Assembly: GCA_963666835.2 (NCBI GenBank)
Contig: CAXXGO010000003.1
Span: 448,001-512,000, forward strand
Source of the DNA: Phycisphaerae bacterium
GTDB lineage: Bacteria; Planctomycetota; Phycisphaerae; UBA1845
Direction of reading: 5' to 3'
DNA length: 64,000 bases
Shown: one piece after another, positions 1 through 8,556 of the stretch
How positions within the stretch are numbered: the first letter of the stretch is position 1
Layout of the letters: each line of letters opens with the position of its first letter
Notes under the pieces: model-generated
Seen by the model: only the letters and a program-made list of their open reading frames with translations
Told to the model about the DNA's origin: nothing
Databases searched by the model: none
Position numbers and translations under genes: made by a program

Positions 1-79
1 CTTTGACGAGGCAGCGCGAACGGCTTCTTCTCGGTCTGTTGGGCCAACGTCCCAACGACTCAACAACGCCGTGGCGTAA
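1..79 (+). CDS. 3' end of a CDS entering from the left (unknown product)
   Basis: Open frame FDEAARTASSRSVGPTSQRLNNAVA* ending TAA at 77-79, followed by a strong hairpin; too short to identify. Confidence 0.3.
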   Translation, partial: FDEAARTASSRSVGPTSQRLNNAVA

Positions 80-102
80 CGTTAAACCCGGGTCTTGGCC
101 GT

Positions 103-133
103 GCCGTTCCTCGCAGGCAGTGCGGGGAACGGC
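103..133. terminator. 13-bp GC-rich hairpin, possible bidirectional terminator
   Basis: GCCGTTCCTCGCA-ggcag-TGCGGGGAACGGC (one G:U pair), downstream of the SDR gene; no clear U-tract. Confidence 0.45.
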
Positions 134-266
134 GACAGCGTGGATTGGACGCAAACGTCTACACGTGGCGATTCGCTAGTTGCTTTGCATGGCTGACTGC
201 CCCATCCGGGTCTCCGGCTCGGGCGGCGGTTACGTATACACGCCGCGTATAGCCGCACAACGCAGA

Positions 267-1016
267 TCAGATCGGCTGCGCGGTTGGTCGGAACAGGATC
301 TCGTTCACATCCACGTCTTGCGGCTCGTTGATTGCGAACGCGACCATACGAGCAAAGGTCTCGGCCGGAACGGCGATCCGGCTTACGAACTCCTTAGTTG
401 CGGCCTGGATCTTCTCTTCACTTATGTGCTCAAGCAATTCGCTTGCGACAGCACCCGGCGAGATTACGGTCGTTCTAATGCCATAAGGCTTGACTTCCTG
501 ACGAAGGCCCTCCGACAGAGCCCGAACAGCAAACTTCGTAGCACAATAGACTGTGGCGTCAGGACCGAGTTTATGACCGTAAACGGAGGACACGTTGATG
601 AGATGGCCGCTTTTCTGCTGCTTCATATACGGCAACGCCGCCGCTATTCCGTAGAGCACACCCTTGAGGTTCACGTCGATCATCTGATCCCATTCTTCGG
701 TCTTGAGCTTCTCGAGCGGCGCAAGTGGCATCAGGCCGGCGTTGTTGAGCATGACATCGACCCGACCGTAGGTGTCAACCGCCTTGTCGACGAGCTCCTT
801 GACTTGCTGCCGGTCAGTAACATCCGTAGCCACGGCCAGTGCCTTTCCGCCCTTGCCCTTGAGTTCGCCGGCCAATGCAGTGATGCGATCCGCTCTCCGC
901 GCCGCCAGCACAACCGTTGCCCCTTCTGAAGACAGCAGCCGCGCGGTTGCCTCTCCAAGACCACTGCTGGCCCCGGTGATAACGACGACTTTACCTTCGA
1001 TATTCTCAGCGATCAT
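267..1016 (-). CDS. SDR family NAD(P)-dependent oxidoreductase (YdfG-like)
   Basis: TGASSGLG Rossmann motif, NNAG, catalytic YCATK, typical C-terminal [11 protein letters not shown]. Confidence 0.95.
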   Translation of the reverse strand: MIAENIEGKVVVITGASSGLGEATARLLSSEGATVVLAARRADRITALAGELKGKGGKALAVATDVTDRQQVKELVDKAVDTYGRVDVMLNNAGLMPLAPLEKLKTEEWDQMIDVNLKGVLYGIAAALPYMKQQKSGHLINVSSVYGHKLGPDATVYCATKFAVRALSEGLRQEVKPYGIRTTVISPGAVASELLEHISEEKIQAATKEFVSRIAVPAETFARMVAFAINEPQDVDVNEILFRPTAQPI

Positions 1017-1303
1017 TGTTGGATTCCTTTCGTTGATCTCTGGGGTCGAGTGACAAACTCCTCGCGCTCCCGGTTACTCCCCGTAATCACCGTCAGTCAC
1101 GTGTTCCATCCACTCCACGGGACTACCATCCTGCGCCTCCTGAATGGCGATGTGTCGCTCCTTTGAGTTGTGCGTGGCAGCAGCCGCGCTCACGATGCGT
1201 TAGTGTCTGCTCGCCATCCCCGTCCGATAAAAAGCAGCATAAGGCGATCTCAGGACAGCATCAAGAGTGCTAACACAACGCGGAAACCAAGTGCAGAAAA
1301 TGG

Positions 1304-1334
1304 TGGACATCCATGCAGAAGAACCTGATATAAT
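1304..1334 (+). promoter_or_regulatory. Possible sigma70-type promoter (extended -10)
   Basis: TGGACA (1304-1309), 19-nt spacer, TGnTATAAT (1326-1334), in an AT-richer intergenic stretch upstream of the CDS at 1496. Confidence 0.35.
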
Positions 1335-1495
1335 GACGTTTTGAGTCGGGGATGCTGCCGACAGCGAACCCGGTGTCGAGGGCTGAGAGCTCATCTTATC
1401 TGTCTGCAGGATCCTCTCCACGTATTGCCATCTGGCTAAGCAACCGGCACGCACCGGGCTTAAGCGTGCGTTGAGACACATCGGAGATCGATGAA

Positions 1496-2830
1496 ATGAG
1501 ATCAGCCACATTGGGGATATTTTTCGTAACCACCGGTCTGTTCCTTACGTCGGGGTCGAACACCCAGGGCGAGCCGGTCGGCACAGCGTTTACATATCAG
1601 GGGCAGTTGAAGCGCGCCGGCGTTCCCGTTACGGGGTCGGTGGACTTCGAGTTCAGCATGTGGACGGCCGCATCAGGCGGTACACGGCTGGCGGTCATTG
1701 GGCCTGTTACGCTGGAACTCGTGGACGGGCTGTTTACCGAGCGGCTCGATTTCGGCGAGGGAGTGTTCACGGGAGACGCGAGGTGGCTGGAGGTTCTCGT
1801 GGAGGATACGTTGGGCGCCCGGGCTACGTTATCCCCACGCCAGCAGATAACGACTACACCTTACGCGCTCACGGCGAAACAGGCTGAGGATCTCGAATTG
1901 CCCTTTTCCGGGACGGTCGACACGGCGGCCATCGGAGTGGCTCTGACCCAGGTGGGTTCGGGGAGGGTGCTCAGCCTGAATAAGACGGGAGGGGGAAGTG
2001 AGGCGGTGGTGTACGCCAGCCAAGGTGGGACCGGGGCCTGTGGTCAATTCCTGGTCGCCAACCAGGCGAACAGCAATGCGGCAGTGGAGGCAACGAGTGC
2101 CGGTTCCGGCCCTGGAGTGCATGGGAAGGCCGCAGCGAGCGGGGTGGCGGTGAAGGGCACGGCGTTGGGGAGTGGGCGGGCGGCGTCCTTCCACACGGAG
2201 TACGCCACGAACGACAGCCCCACGGTCTACGCCGAACAGAAGGGCGGAGGTCGGTGCGGACATTTTCGGATTACCAACGCCAATAACGACACTGACTCTG
2301 TGGCCGCCTCGACGACGGGCGATGGGGCCGCAGTGTCAGGTTACACAATCGGCGAAGGCTCCGCCGGCAAGTTCGAGATTAACAACACGAGCAGCGTTGC
2401 GCCGGCCGTTTTCGCGAAGACCAACGGCAGCGGCTACGCGGTCTCGGCCGAGTCGGCAACCGATGCCGCGCCCTCCGGCGGTGGTACTGTCATCATCGGT
2501 TCGCCGGGCGGGCTGAACGTTGTCCTTGACAAGGACGAGGTCATGGCTCGCAACAACGGAGAAACACCGACCCTGTTCATAAACAACGACGGCGGGGACG
2601 TAGTGTTCGGCGGGGCCATCGACATTGGGTACGAGCGCGTCAGCTTCAGTAGTTCGAGTGACCACGCCGAGGTTCACTGCCCTGCGGGGAAGAAGGTGAT
2701 CAGCGGAGGATGCTCCTGTGGTATGGACGATGTCCAACTCTCGTACCCCCCCGAGGATGGGGACAGTTGGTATTGCCTGTGCAGCGGTGACGGCACGAGC
2801 GCCATTGCGATTTGCGCGAACGTGAAATAG
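1496..2830 (+). CDS. Secreted tail-fibre/adhesin-like protein with beta-solenoid-like repeats and a Cys-rich C-terminal domain
   Basis: Signal peptide; N-terminal GTAFTYQGQLK..GVPVTG.VDFEF module; repeated G..F...N..N....V.A...G.G units; C-terminal CPAGKKVISGGCSC. Confidence 0.75.
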   Translation: MRSATLGIFFVTTGLFLTSGSNTQGEPVGTAFTYQGQLKRAGVPVTGSVDFEFSMWTAASGGTRLAVIGPVTLELVDGLFTERLDFGEGVFTGDARWLEVLVEDTLGARATLSPRQQITTTPYALTAKQAEDLELPFSGTVDTAAIGVALTQVGSGRVLSLNKTGGGSEAVVYASQGGTGACGQFLVANQANSNAAVEATSAGSGPGVHGKAAASGVAVKGTALGSGRAASFHTEYATNDSPTVYAEQKGGGRCGHFRITNANNDTDSVAASTTGDGAAVSGYTIGEGSAGKFEINNTSSVAPAVFAKTNGSGYAVSAESATDAAPSGGGTVIIGSPGGLNVVLDKDEVMARNNGETPTLFINNDGGDVVFGGAIDIGYERVSFSSSSDHAEVHCPAGKKVISGGCSCGMDDVQLSYPPEDGDSWYCLCSGDGTSAIAICANVK

Positions 2831-2890
2831 CACAGGCCGGCGATGCCGTACGTATGGTTCGCCGATCATCATCGTATCGCCCGAGCTTCA

Positions 2891-3127
2891 CTACTCCCGC
2901 CCGGGCTCTAACGGCTTAGCCTCCAGGGTGCCGTCGGATCGTCCCTGCAGTTGCAGGATCTTCTGCTCGGCCTTGGCGAGCGTACCGCGGCAATGCTGGA
3001 CCAGCTTCATGCCCTCTTCGTACTTCTTAATGGAGTCCTCGAGACCGATCTCGCCCTTTTCGATCTGCTCGGCGATCGCTTCGAGCTGTCCGAGGGCCTC
3101 TTCAAACGTTACCTTTTTCTTGCCCAT
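2891..3127 (-). CDS. xseB: Exodeoxyribonuclease VII small subunit
   Basis: FEEALGQLEAIAEQIEKGEIGLEDSIKKYEEGMKL; directly downstream of xseA. Confidence 0.97.
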   Translation of the reverse strand: MGKKKVTFEEALGQLEAIAEQIEKGEIGLEDSIKKYEEGMKLVQHCRGTLAKAEQKILQLQGRSDGTLEAKPLEPGRE

Positions 3128-3129
3128 GA

Positions 3130-4689
3130 TTAGTCGAATAACTCCAGTTGGTTTAGATTGACAACCCCAGCTTCGAACTCACCGTCGGTCAGCTCGGTTA
3201 CGATTCGATCGTGGTCGTGTAGTTGGCTGAGCGAACGGACCACCCGCCGCCCTTTCTTGGTTCGCGTGATGGAGAAACCGCGGCCGATTACGCTCTTGTA
3301 ACTCAAAGCCGCCAACAGATCCTCCTCACCGCGAATGCGCTCCGTCAGAACGGCGATTCGCCGTTGCAGTGCCGCGGCGAACCTCGCGGCACACCGGTCA
3401 ACCTCGTCACGGCGCCTTTCAACAAGGTGCCTCGGCGAACTCTGTGCCACCCGCCCGACAACGCCGCGAAGATCGACCGCAAGCTCACCCATACGTCGCC
3501 GAACAGCCCAGTCGATCCGGTGCTGAGCATCGCGCAGCTCGAGCGTGGTCCGCAACAGGTAAGTGTGCGGGGCGATGCGCTGAACTACGCGTTCGAGGGC
3601 ATCGAGGCGGCTACGAACGAAGCTAACCCGCTCGACAAACGCCCGCTGCATCCGCACGTTCGATTCGTCAACAGCCTGTTCACGCCGATGCACCGTAGCC
3701 AACGGCTCGGCAAAGACCCGCCGGTGCAGCAAACCAGCAAGCCGGGCACCCTGCAGGTCGGCATTCCCCATAATCGCCCGCGTCATGCGACCGCAAAGCG
3801 CATCCAACGCATCGAGCACCTCATCGAGAACGGGAACGGCAATCTCCGCGGCAGCGGTGGGCGTAGCGGCGCGCACATCGGCGACCAGATCCGCAATCGT
3901 GACGTCCACTTCGTGCCCTACCGCGCTGATGGTCGGAATACGGCCGGCATGAATCGCCCGAGCAACGGCCTCGTCGTTGAAGGCCCACAGGTCCTCGAGC
4001 GATCCGCCCCCCCGCCCGACAATCAGCAGATCGACCCGGCCGAGCCGCTCGGAATTCGCGTTGATTCGTTTGACGGCCGCGGCAATCTCTGCCGCCGCCC
4101 CCGGACCTTGTACTCGGACCGGATACAGCATCAACTGCACGCACGGGTACCGCCGCGCGATCGTCCGCAATATATCCGCAAGCGCCGCTCCGGTAGGACT
4201 GGTCACCAGGGCAATCCGGCGCGGATATTTCGGCAAGGAACGTTTGTGCCGTTCGTCAAAAAGGCCCTCGCCCGCGAGCTTCTCGCAAAGCTGTCGAAAG
4301 GCCAGCTCGAGAGCGCCAACGCCACGCGGCTCCAGCTTGCGAACATAGAGCTGATACCGACCGGCCCGCTCGAACACCTCCACCGCACCGGTGGCAACGA
4401 CCTCCAAGCCGTCCTGGGGATCGAACTTCAACTTACCGGCAGCACTCCGCCACATCACCGAGGAGATCTCGCTGGACTGGTCCTTGAGCGTGAAATACAG
4501 GTGTCCGCTGGAGTGGCGTTTGAAGTTGCTGATCTCCCCGACCACATGAACCGTGGGAGGCAGAGCCGATTCGATGGCACCCTTTACCATCGCGGTAAGT
4601 TGCGACACGCTCAACGGAGTTGCGGTTGCCGTAGCTCGCTTCTGTTGCGGCGGGCGAATCAGATCAGGGTTGAATGGTTCACGAGTCAT
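3130..4689 (-). CDS. xseA: Exodeoxyribonuclease VII large subunit
   Basis: OB-fold GEISNFKRHSSGHLYFTLKD; RGGGSLEDLWAFNDE; SAVGHEVD; TPTAAAE. Confidence 0.97.
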   Translation of the reverse strand: MTREPFNPDLIRPPQQKRATATATPLSVSQLTAMVKGAIESALPPTVHVVGEISNFKRHSSGHLYFTLKDQSSEISSVMWRSAAGKLKFDPQDGLEVVATGAVEVFERAGRYQLYVRKLEPRGVGALELAFRQLCEKLAGEGLFDERHKRSLPKYPRRIALVTSPTGAALADILRTIARRYPCVQLMLYPVRVQGPGAAAEIAAAVKRINANSERLGRVDLLIVGRGGGSLEDLWAFNDEAVARAIHAGRIPTISAVGHEVDVTIADLVADVRAATPTAAAEIAVPVLDEVLDALDALCGRMTRAIMGNADLQGARLAGLLHRRVFAEPLATVHRREQAVDESNVRMQRAFVERVSFVRSRLDALERVVQRIAPHTYLLRTTLELRDAQHRIDWAVRRRMGELAVDLRGVVGRVAQSSPRHLVERRRDEVDRCAARFAAALQRRIAVLTERIRGEEDLLAALSYKSVIGRGFSITRTKKGRRVVRSLSQLHDHDRIVTELTDGEFEAGVVNLNQLELFD

Positions 4690-4752
4690 TGCTGCGTCCG
4701 TGCCGGAGCCGGCGGTCGACCTTATTACGCGCGGCGGAAAGTCGCAACGTTC

Positions 4753-6438
4753 CTACTCTGCCAGCGAGTCCTGATTGCGTTGCATAATGATGATCACCGG
4801 ACTGATCTTCCCGGGCACCGGCGTGCCCCACCCGGCCACACTCAGCCAGGACGATCCGGTTCCGAGATATCGAGGGCCAAAGCCGGCTACCGGCGAGTAC
4901 CCCAGCCGACCCGCAACGAGCTCTCGCCGGCAGGCTTCCTGAGTTCCATCAAAATCTTCGTAGTTGTAGCTCGACATAACGAGGTAATCCGGTTGAGGGC
5001 GATCAAAGGACTCCCGGGTCATCTGCACCTTATACGTATTGAAGCCCATCTCATTGAACCGCGGCAGATACTGGGGACTGGAAAACGCCCCCACACTCGC
5101 AACCGGATCGACGTTCTGCTTGAACCAATGCTCCGCCCGGACCCGCGAGTCAGTGAGCATCTCGACATTGACCGCCAACGCATACCCGAGCGACAAAAGC
5201 AGCACAACCGCGGGGATCCCCAAGCGGATCTCCCCCGGCAAAGTGCAACAGCGCCACAGGTCCGCCCCGGCCAAGCCCACCAGAACCGCGAGCATCGCCA
5301 GCGGAGCGAACAGGAAACGGGAGTACACGAAGTCGATCCGCATAATCACGATCACGTAATAGCCCAGCACCGAGGCTAAAACGACCAGGGCAACTCGCCG
5401 ATGCCGGCGAAGGCAATGCACTACGGCAACCGACATCGCCGCCACCATCGGCCAACCGACCGCCGCGGCCGCATACCGAACGGTCGCCAGGAGGAGCTGC
5501 AACTGGTTCGGATATCGCAGTTGCCGGGCGTGCAGCGAGCCGGCGGTCGGATCCAACCAGTAGTTCATCCGATCCCGATAGGATTCGGGATCCGAGAACA
5601 CTCCGTACAACAGCAGGTACGGCAGAACGAACGCGACCACGCCTAGCAGCCACTTCATCTGAAACAACGAACGACAAAGGGCCACTCCAAGGGGATGGGC
5701 TTTGAGTGTCCTGCGCGCGTCTTCCACAATCAACGCCAGAGCTAACCCCGCGTACATCCCCCCTACCGCGTCCTTCGTACTTATCGCAAACGACCCTAAC
5801 AGACCGAGCAGTACGGCATCGCTCCACCGGCCTGACCGAAGCAGCCGAGCAAAAAAGAACACGCTCCAGGTGAACCAGAAGACCGAAGGTATGTCGACGT
5901 TGCCCAAGTGGGCAAAATACGTGAATGCGGCACCGATCATCAGCGCCACCGCCGCCAAGACACTGGCGGCCTCGTCGCCGGTTAACACCCGCGCCGCGCT
6001 CCAAAGTCCCAGTCCGGCTCCAATCGCCATGACAACCGTGGCTGCCCGGCCAATCAGAATCAGAAGAGAAATCTTCGGGGCGTGAGGTGGCCTAAGAACC
6101 GTTCGTCCGGTCGCGGGGTCTACGATACGCTCACCGCTGCGTTCCCAATGATTAAGAACGGGTTGGTAAGCTGCCGCCAGAATCAGGTACTGCAGCGGTG
6201 GATACCGCCCGACCCAGGTCTGCGGCCATGCCTCTACCGCCCCTAGCGTCCGAACCCCGGCGATCGTGTCCTGACTCCAGGATACGGTGGCCGGCAGCCC
6301 CCACTTCAGGCCCGGCAGGTAAAGCGCCAGCCCCAGACCTACCAGCAAAAGAGCGCCGCGCCAACACCGCAAGCCGGTACGAGGTTTCCCGTCTTTGGTT
6401 TCGCCGGGCTTCAAGAGTGTCGCCGGTGTTTCACCCAT
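4753..6438 (-). CDS. GT-C fold membrane glycosyltransferase (ArnT/PMT-like, family 39/83)
   Basis: Many hydrophobic helices, YPPL motif in the first loop, AISTK motif, soluble C-terminal domain. Confidence 0.75.
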   Translation of the reverse strand: MGETPATLLKPGETKDGKPRTGLRCWRGALLLVGLGLALYLPGLKWGLPATVSWSQDTIAGVRTLGAVEAWPQTWVGRYPPLQYLILAAAYQPVLNHWERSGERIVDPATGRTVLRPPHAPKISLLILIGRAATVVMAIGAGLGLWSAARVLTGDEAASVLAAVALMIGAAFTYFAHLGNVDIPSVFWFTWSVFFFARLLRSGRWSDAVLLGLLGSFAISTKDAVGGMYAGLALALIVEDARRTLKAHPLGVALCRSLFQMKWLLGVVAFVLPYLLLYGVFSDPESYRDRMNYWLDPTAGSLHARQLRYPNQLQLLLATVRYAAAAVGWPMVAAMSVAVVHCLRRHRRVALVVLASVLGYYVIVIMRIDFVYSRFLFAPLAMLAVLVGLAGADLWRCCTLPGEIRLGIPAVVLLLSLGYALAVNVEMLTDSRVRAEHWFKQNVDPVASVGAFSSPQYLPRFNEMGFNTYKVQMTRESFDRPQPDYLVMSSYNYEDFDGTQEACRRELVAGRLGYSPVAGFGPRYLGTGSSWLSVAGWGTPVPGKISPVIIIMQRNQDSLAE

Positions 6439-6505
6439 CGATTCTGCGTCGGTTGGAAGACCGATTCATAACCCGGCTGATGGCGTCCCGTAACGCACGC
6501 TCCCG

Positions 6506-6526
6506 GTAGCACAGGCTCCCAGCCTG
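6506..6526 (+). repeat. GTAG-type REP-like palindrome
   Basis: GTAGCACAGGCT-CCC-AGCCTG; related hairpins GCAGGCTTCCAGCCTGC at about 44944 and GCAGGCCTCCAGCCTGC at about 45027. Confidence 0.5.
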
Positions 6527-6584
6527 CCCCCGATGAGCCTTCGCAAGGAAGGACGGATCTACAACCACTTTTCAGAAAACGGCC

Positions 6585-7691
6585 CTACGTCACACGGCCG
6601 GCCACCGCCTGGCACTCCTCCATCACGCGCAACACATTACCGCCCAGGACACCGGTCAACTGCGATTCCGAATAACCGCGCCGCAACAAACCGGCAGTAA
6701 GATACGGCAACTTCGAGCAATCCTCCAGGCCCACCGGGAGCATCGGTACGCCGTCGAAGTCGGACCCGATCCCGACGTGATCCGGTCCGATCACTTGCAG
6801 GGCGTGGTCGAAGTGGTCTACAAGCACCTCCAGCGGGGTCTGATGATCCGTCAGCCGAGCTTTTTCATCTCTCTTCTTGGCCTCCTCATACGCCTGGTAG
6901 TCCGCCAACTCGAGCTTCGGAAAGGCCGGATCGATGAACCCCGCACAAAAGTTGATCTGGACCACACCTCCCGTTGCGGCAATCTCGCGCATCAACGCAT
7001 CGCTGAGATTTCGTTGATGAGCAGCGACGGCCCGACAGGACGAGTGCGATGCTATAATCGGAGCGGCTGATGTCTCCAGAACGTCCCGCACGGTCAGGTC
7101 ATGAACATGCGAGACATCAACCATCATCCCCAGGCGGTTGAGCTCTCTCACCACCTCTCGACCGAAGTCGGTTAACCCGCCATGTTGCGGAGACAACGCC
7201 TCGGCCAGACCGGAAGAATCGGCCCAACTCGTGTGGAACCCGTGCGTAAGTGTCAGATAGCTAGCACCCCGGGCATGATACTCGCGGAGGTTCTCCAGAG
7301 AATCCTCGATCAGGTATCCACCCTCGATGCCGATCAACCCGGCAATCCGATTCTCGACATGAGCCCGGCGAACATCGTCGGCCGTACGGGCGGGCACCAT
7401 GTGGTCTGAGTGCCGCGAGATTGTCGCTTGAATTCGAGCGAGCTGTTCCCGCGCCGCGGCCAATCCAGCCCCCGGTTCGACCGGTCCCGGCACCCAGACG
7501 GCGAAAAACAACGCCGCGACCCCTCCTTCGAGAAGCCGCGGAATATCCACATGCCCCACCTCGTGCCGCTGTCCGAAGTCCCAATCCGGATCCACCAGCC
7601 GGCCCGTCGTATCGCAGTGGGTATCCACGACCGCGACCCGCCCGTGTAGCCTTTTCGCGCGCTCAACGTAGCCGTCGGAATGTATGTCCAT
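6585..7691 (-). CDS. Membrane dipeptidase (peptidase M19, renal dipeptidase family)
   Basis: DTHCD, IGIEG, LTH, DVSH, ASHS, HVGIGSDFDG motifs; start taken at ATG 7691. Confidence 0.95.
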   Translation of the reverse strand: MDIHSDGYVERAKRLHGRVAVVDTHCDTTGRLVDPDWDFGQRHEVGHVDIPRLLEGGVAALFFAVWVPGPVEPGAGLAAAREQLARIQATISRHSDHMVPARTADDVRRAHVENRIAGLIGIEGGYLIEDSLENLREYHARGASYLTLTHGFHTSWADSSGLAEALSPQHGGLTDFGREVVRELNRLGMMVDVSHVHDLTVRDVLETSAAPIIASHSSCRAVAAHQRNLSDALMREIAATGGVVQINFCAGFIDPAFPKLELADYQAYEEAKKRDEKARLTDHQTPLEVLVDHFDHALQVIGPDHVGIGSDFDGVPMLPVGLEDCSKLPYLTAGLLRRGYSESQLTGVLGGNVLRVMEECQAVAGRVT

Positions 7692-7960
7692 AGCGCGCGA
7701 TTGTATCACAGAGCCTGTTCCAACGCCCTCGTGCCAAGCTGAAATGCCCGGCAGTACTGCGGACGTGACCATTATAGGACCATCGCCCACCCTGGCCTCT
7801 CGGCCGATCCCCGGCCGCTCCGAGACCGATAATTTGCGAATGTTACCCGCGAATCCTCTCGATAGTTATGGGATGAAGTACCCCGAGTTTAGAGAGCGGT
7901 AGAACCCTCGCGAGGTGAGACAGATCACGACTCGCGATCAGAGCCTTGAGGAGCAAGCCA

Positions 7961-8476
7961 ATGTCCGGAACGTCTCGTCGTTTGATTCTCCTTCCCGTCG
8001 TGCTCGCTGCCGTATCAGCCTGCAACAGCCAGGTGAAGAACGCCACCGAAATCCAGCAAACACGCATGGATGACATGAAATGGGAGCTGCGTCCGCACCT
8101 GACCTACATGGTGGACAATGCCATGTTGCACGACATGTCCATCGCGGACATCCACTTCGTACCGCACACCAGCGAGCTGAGCGGAACCGGGATCGTCAAA
8201 CTCGACCGCTTCGCCATCCTGCTCGACACGTACGGGGGAACTCTCCGGTACGACACCTTCATCGAAGATGAGGAGCTGATCGAGCAACGCCTGGAGCACA
8301 CTCGAGAGTATCTCGCGATGGCCGGCTGCGACATGAGCCGGGTACGCGTCGAGACAATGATGCCGGGCGGTAGAGGCCTGCCCGCAGTCGATGCGATCGA
8401 AGCTAAAGAGCGCGCGGAGACTCAAGCTTCCGGCTCCCAAGCCGCAGGCATGATGATGCCGATCGCCGGTCAGTAA
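7961..8476 (+). CDS. Hypothetical lipoprotein
   Basis: GAGGAG RBS, then ATG 7961; lipobox VSAC after a hydrophobic stretch. Confidence 0.75.
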   Translation: MSGTSRRLILLPVVLAAVSACNSQVKNATEIQQTRMDDMKWELRPHLTYMVDNAMLHDMSIADIHFVPHTSELSGTGIVKLDRFAILLDTYGGTLRYDTFIEDEELIEQRLEHTREYLAMAGCDMSRVRVETMMPGGRGLPAVDAIEAKERAETQASGSQAAGMMMPIAGQ

Positions 8477-8556
8477 GCTAACCGGCCGGCCGGATAATGG
8501 GGAAAGTCCACCGAATCACAGTAACACGAGGGCACGTACGAGAGGTGATGCCAGCC

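Noticed and set aside
1496..2830. Prophage
   Set aside because: The fibre-like gene has a signal peptide, and no integrase, terminase, capsid or tail genes are present
3223..5379. 718-aa plus-strand ORF (similarly 180-929, 42861-44723, 33058-34179, 31121-32254, 19149-20507)
   Set aside because: Antisense shadows of well-supported minus-strand genes in high-GC DNA; no recognisable motifs
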